57,653 bases of DNA from Terriglobia bacterium (GTDB taxonomy: Bacteria; Acidobacteriota; Terriglobia; 20CM-2-55-15). Both the position numbers and the translations under genes were made by a program. The stretch lies in NCBI GenBank assembly GCA_041481485.1, contig JBGPBY010000003.1:1-57653 (forward strand), read 5' to 3'. Below are positions 55,602 to 57,653 of this stretch, in pieces (position 1 is the stretch's first letter; every line of letters begins with the position of its first letter). The notes beneath the pieces are model-generated. The model was not told the origin of the DNA. It was given only the letters and a program-made list of their open reading frames with translations, and searched no databases.

Positions 55602-56651
55602 TCACGGCCGAGCACCAACCGCCGACGTGGACGCGCGTTCAACGAGCGTGTAGTCAAAAACGACATCTTGTGGCACCGACATCGTAGGCGTTCGCATTGA
55701 TTCCAACAGCAAAGAGACGCCGTGCTCGACCATCCTGTCGATGGGTTGTCGGATCACTGTCAGTGGTGGCCAGGACTTCAGCGCCGTTGGCGTGTCATCA
55801 AATCCGGCCACGGAGAGATCGTCGGGAAGCTCCATCCTCCGCTGTTGCGCCACCCACACTACGCCTAACGCCATATCGTCGTTGCTGGCCACGATCGCTG
55901 TCGGTCTATTCTGGAGATCGAGAATTTGTTTGGCAGCAACGCGCCCGGACTCAAAGGTGAAGTCCCCCTCTCTGGTGAGTCCGATCTGCACTGGAATCCC
56001 GGCTTTTCTCAACGCGTCCTGATAGCCGGCGCGCCGCTCCAGGCTGTCGGCGTGAGTGGGTGGACCGCTGATGAACCCGATTCGCCGATGCCCAAGGCGA
56101 ATCAGGAATGTGGTCAGATTTCGAGCCGCAGACCGATTATCAATTCGCACAGTGTTCATATTCGGCAATGGACCTGCGGCCGCAATTGCTGTTGCTTTCA
56201 TTTCGGAAAGCACCGCACTTCCGACGAGTAGCTCGGCGTAAGGCGGAACAAGCAGCAGACCTTGAACACCACTGCGAGCAGCGTTCAGCACCAGCTTCTC
56301 GGTCGATCTCTTGGTTGGACTATTGCTAGAACGGACGAGCAACTGAGCCCCGTAGGCTGTGCTGGCATTGATCGCAGCCACAAGGACTTGCGCCAGGAAA
56401 GGAGTCTGCTGATCTGAATAGAGCAGAGCGATTCGGCTGCAGCCGCCGCTCGCCAGCCTACGTGCCTCATAGTTTGGAACATATCCGGTGTTGCGAATCG
56501 CCTGACGCACCCTAGCGCGAGTCTGGTCACTGACCTTGCCGGTGCCATTGATGACGTTCGAGACCGTCATCATTGATACACCCGCCTGCTCAGCAACCGT
56601 CCGAATCGTTACGGCTGTGCTGCCACGCCCTGTCCTCTTGAGCATCACCAT
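55602..56651 (-). CDS. LacI-family regulator
   Basis: TIRTVAEQAGVSMMTVSNVIN HTH; LSVAGFDD; LVERAS. Confidence 0.95.
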   Translation of the reverse strand: MVMLKRTGRGSTAVTIRTVAEQAGVSMMTVSNVINGTGKVSDQTRARVRQAIRNTGYVPNYEARRLASGGCSRIALLYSDQQTPFLAQVLVAAINASTAYGAQLLVRSSNSPTKRSTEKLVLNAARSGVQGLLLVPPYAELLVGSAVLSEMKATAIAAAGPLPNMNTVRIDNRSAARNLTTFLIRLGHRRIGFISGPPTHADSLERRAGYQDALRKAGIPVQIGLTREGDFTFESGRVAAKQILDLQNRPTAIVASNDDMALGVVWVAQQRRMELPDDLSVAGFDDTPTALKSWPPLTVIRQPIDRMVEHGVSLLLESMRTPTMSVPQDVVFDYTLVERASTSAVGARP

Positions 56652-56687
56652 TGATGATCCCGGGGGATGGGGTAAAGAGATCGGGCT

Positions 56688-57653
56688 CTAAGGCAGAGCA
56701 TAGGCAATGACGCCACCGCCGATCTTCACCTTGGGATTCTTACCACCGCCGGAGGACACCGCAAAATACTGCTTGCCGTTAACGGCATACGTCGAGGGCG
56801 TGGCAACGCTCGATGTCGGCATCGTGTCTTCCCAAAGGAGCTTGCCCGTCAGCTTGTCGAACGCGCGGACCTTGTTGTCGTAGACAGTTGCGGCGATGAA
56901 AAAGATGCCGCCTTTCGTGACGATTCCCCCACCATAGTTCTCACTGCCGGTGGTGGGGTCATTCAACTCCGGATAATTCCCGAACGGAATCTGCCAGACA
57001 TATCGACCCGTGTTGAGATTCAACGCATTCAGCGTGCCCCACGGCGTGCTGACCGCAGGGTAGCCATCCGGGTCCAGGAACTTTGTATAGCCTTGGAACA
57101 CGTAGTCGACGTTGGCACTCGCGTTGTCAGCTGTAGTCGCCGGCTTCGAGTTGTCATCACTGATGTAAGTCGTCAGGCCGTCGATCTGAGCCTTGCTCAG
57201 GCTGCCTTCAAATCCGGGCATCCTCCCCGATCCATGGGCAATCATTTGTGCGATCTGCTGGCTCGCCATCCGCTTGGTCAGTCCAAGCAATGCGGGGAAC
57301 GACGGGGGGTTGCCCTTGCGGTCGACGCCGTGGCAACCGGCGCAGGAGGCGTTGTAGATTTCGGCAGCAGAGGTCTCGCCGCTGGTCTTCTTGACCTGCG
57401 CCCGCAACTGCAGGATGTAGGCTTGTTCGTTGGAGTTGATATAGAGAATGCCGGTCTCGGGGTCCCAGGCAGCGCCGCCATATTCGCCGCCACCATCCAG
57501 TCCCGGAAAGATGACGGTGCCCTCGAGCGAGGGTGGATCAAAGCGGCCACGGTTGCTCAGCGTCGCCAGGTGCGCCCGCACCGCCGCGTTGGCGGCGGGC
57601 GTGCGCCGGGTCAACGTCTCCTCCGTGAGTCGCTGACGAGCGAACGGTTCAGG
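56688..57653 (-). CDS. PQQ-dependent dehydrogenase with cytochrome c domain (5' part outside the window)
   Basis: FPGLDGGGEYGG, CAGCH haem motif, PWGTLNALNL, RAFDKLTGKLLW, ATPSTY. Confidence 0.92.
   Translation of the reverse strand, partial: PEPFARQRLTEETLTRRTPAANAAVRAHLATLSNRGRFDPPSLEGTVIFPGLDGGGEYGGAAWDPETGILYINSNEQAYILQLRAQVKKTSGETSAAEIYNASCAGCHGVDRKGNPPSFPALLGLTKRMASQQIAQMIAHGSGRMPGFEGSLSKAQIDGLTTYISDDNSKPATTADNASANVDYVFQGYTKFLDPDGYPAVSTPWGTLNALNLNTGRYVWQIPFGNYPELNDPTTGSENYGGGIVTKGGIFFIAATVYDNKVRAFDKLTGKLLWEDTMPTSSVATPSTYAVNGKQYFAVSSGGGKNPKVKIGGGVIAYALP

Noticed and set aside
55433-55666. 77-aa ORF between lacI and the MFS gene
   Set aside because: Overlaps the lacI end and shows no recognisable family; possibly a gene remnant but unsupported.

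Overview
Accessory region, most likely from an Acidobacteriota genome (inferred from protein-family flavour and a GAAC-N7-GAAT LexA-type box). A tRNA-Ser(GCT) at the left end abuts, unusually at its 5' side, a decayed ICE/IME-like element. That element carries a tyrosine integrase, excisionase-like HTH, RepB primase, a deletion scar where the conjugation module appears lost, an XRE regulator, ParB and a leading-region fold-back. It is followed by a SRAP-imuA-imuB-dnaE2 + dinB mutagenesis cluster and a defence-like island (14.3-29 kb). The island holds a DUF4011 helicase-nuclease (Hhe-like), an AbiE-like HTH/nucleotidyltransferase pair, a 1444-aa exported pseudo-5'-nucleotidase/HhH/beta-barrel protein, and a SIR2-like, a nucleotidyl-cyclase-like and a 2TM gene. 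Next is a ~25-kb ion/metal homeostasis block bracketed by a ~197-bp direct repeat (antiporter, MacAB-like pair, sigma54 two-component system, multicopper oxidase, two CsoR/RcnR regulators, RAPP leader + TonB receptor, atypical P1B ATPase). The window ends with MFS, LacI and PQQ-dehydrogenase genes. Best novelty candidates: (i) the OM-protein/SIR2/cyclase/2TM block as a possible nucleotide-signalling defence module; (ii) dispersed hairpins that mimic the tRNA-Ser anticodon arm and sit at module boundaries. All calls come from motif reading by eye; no database searches were run.
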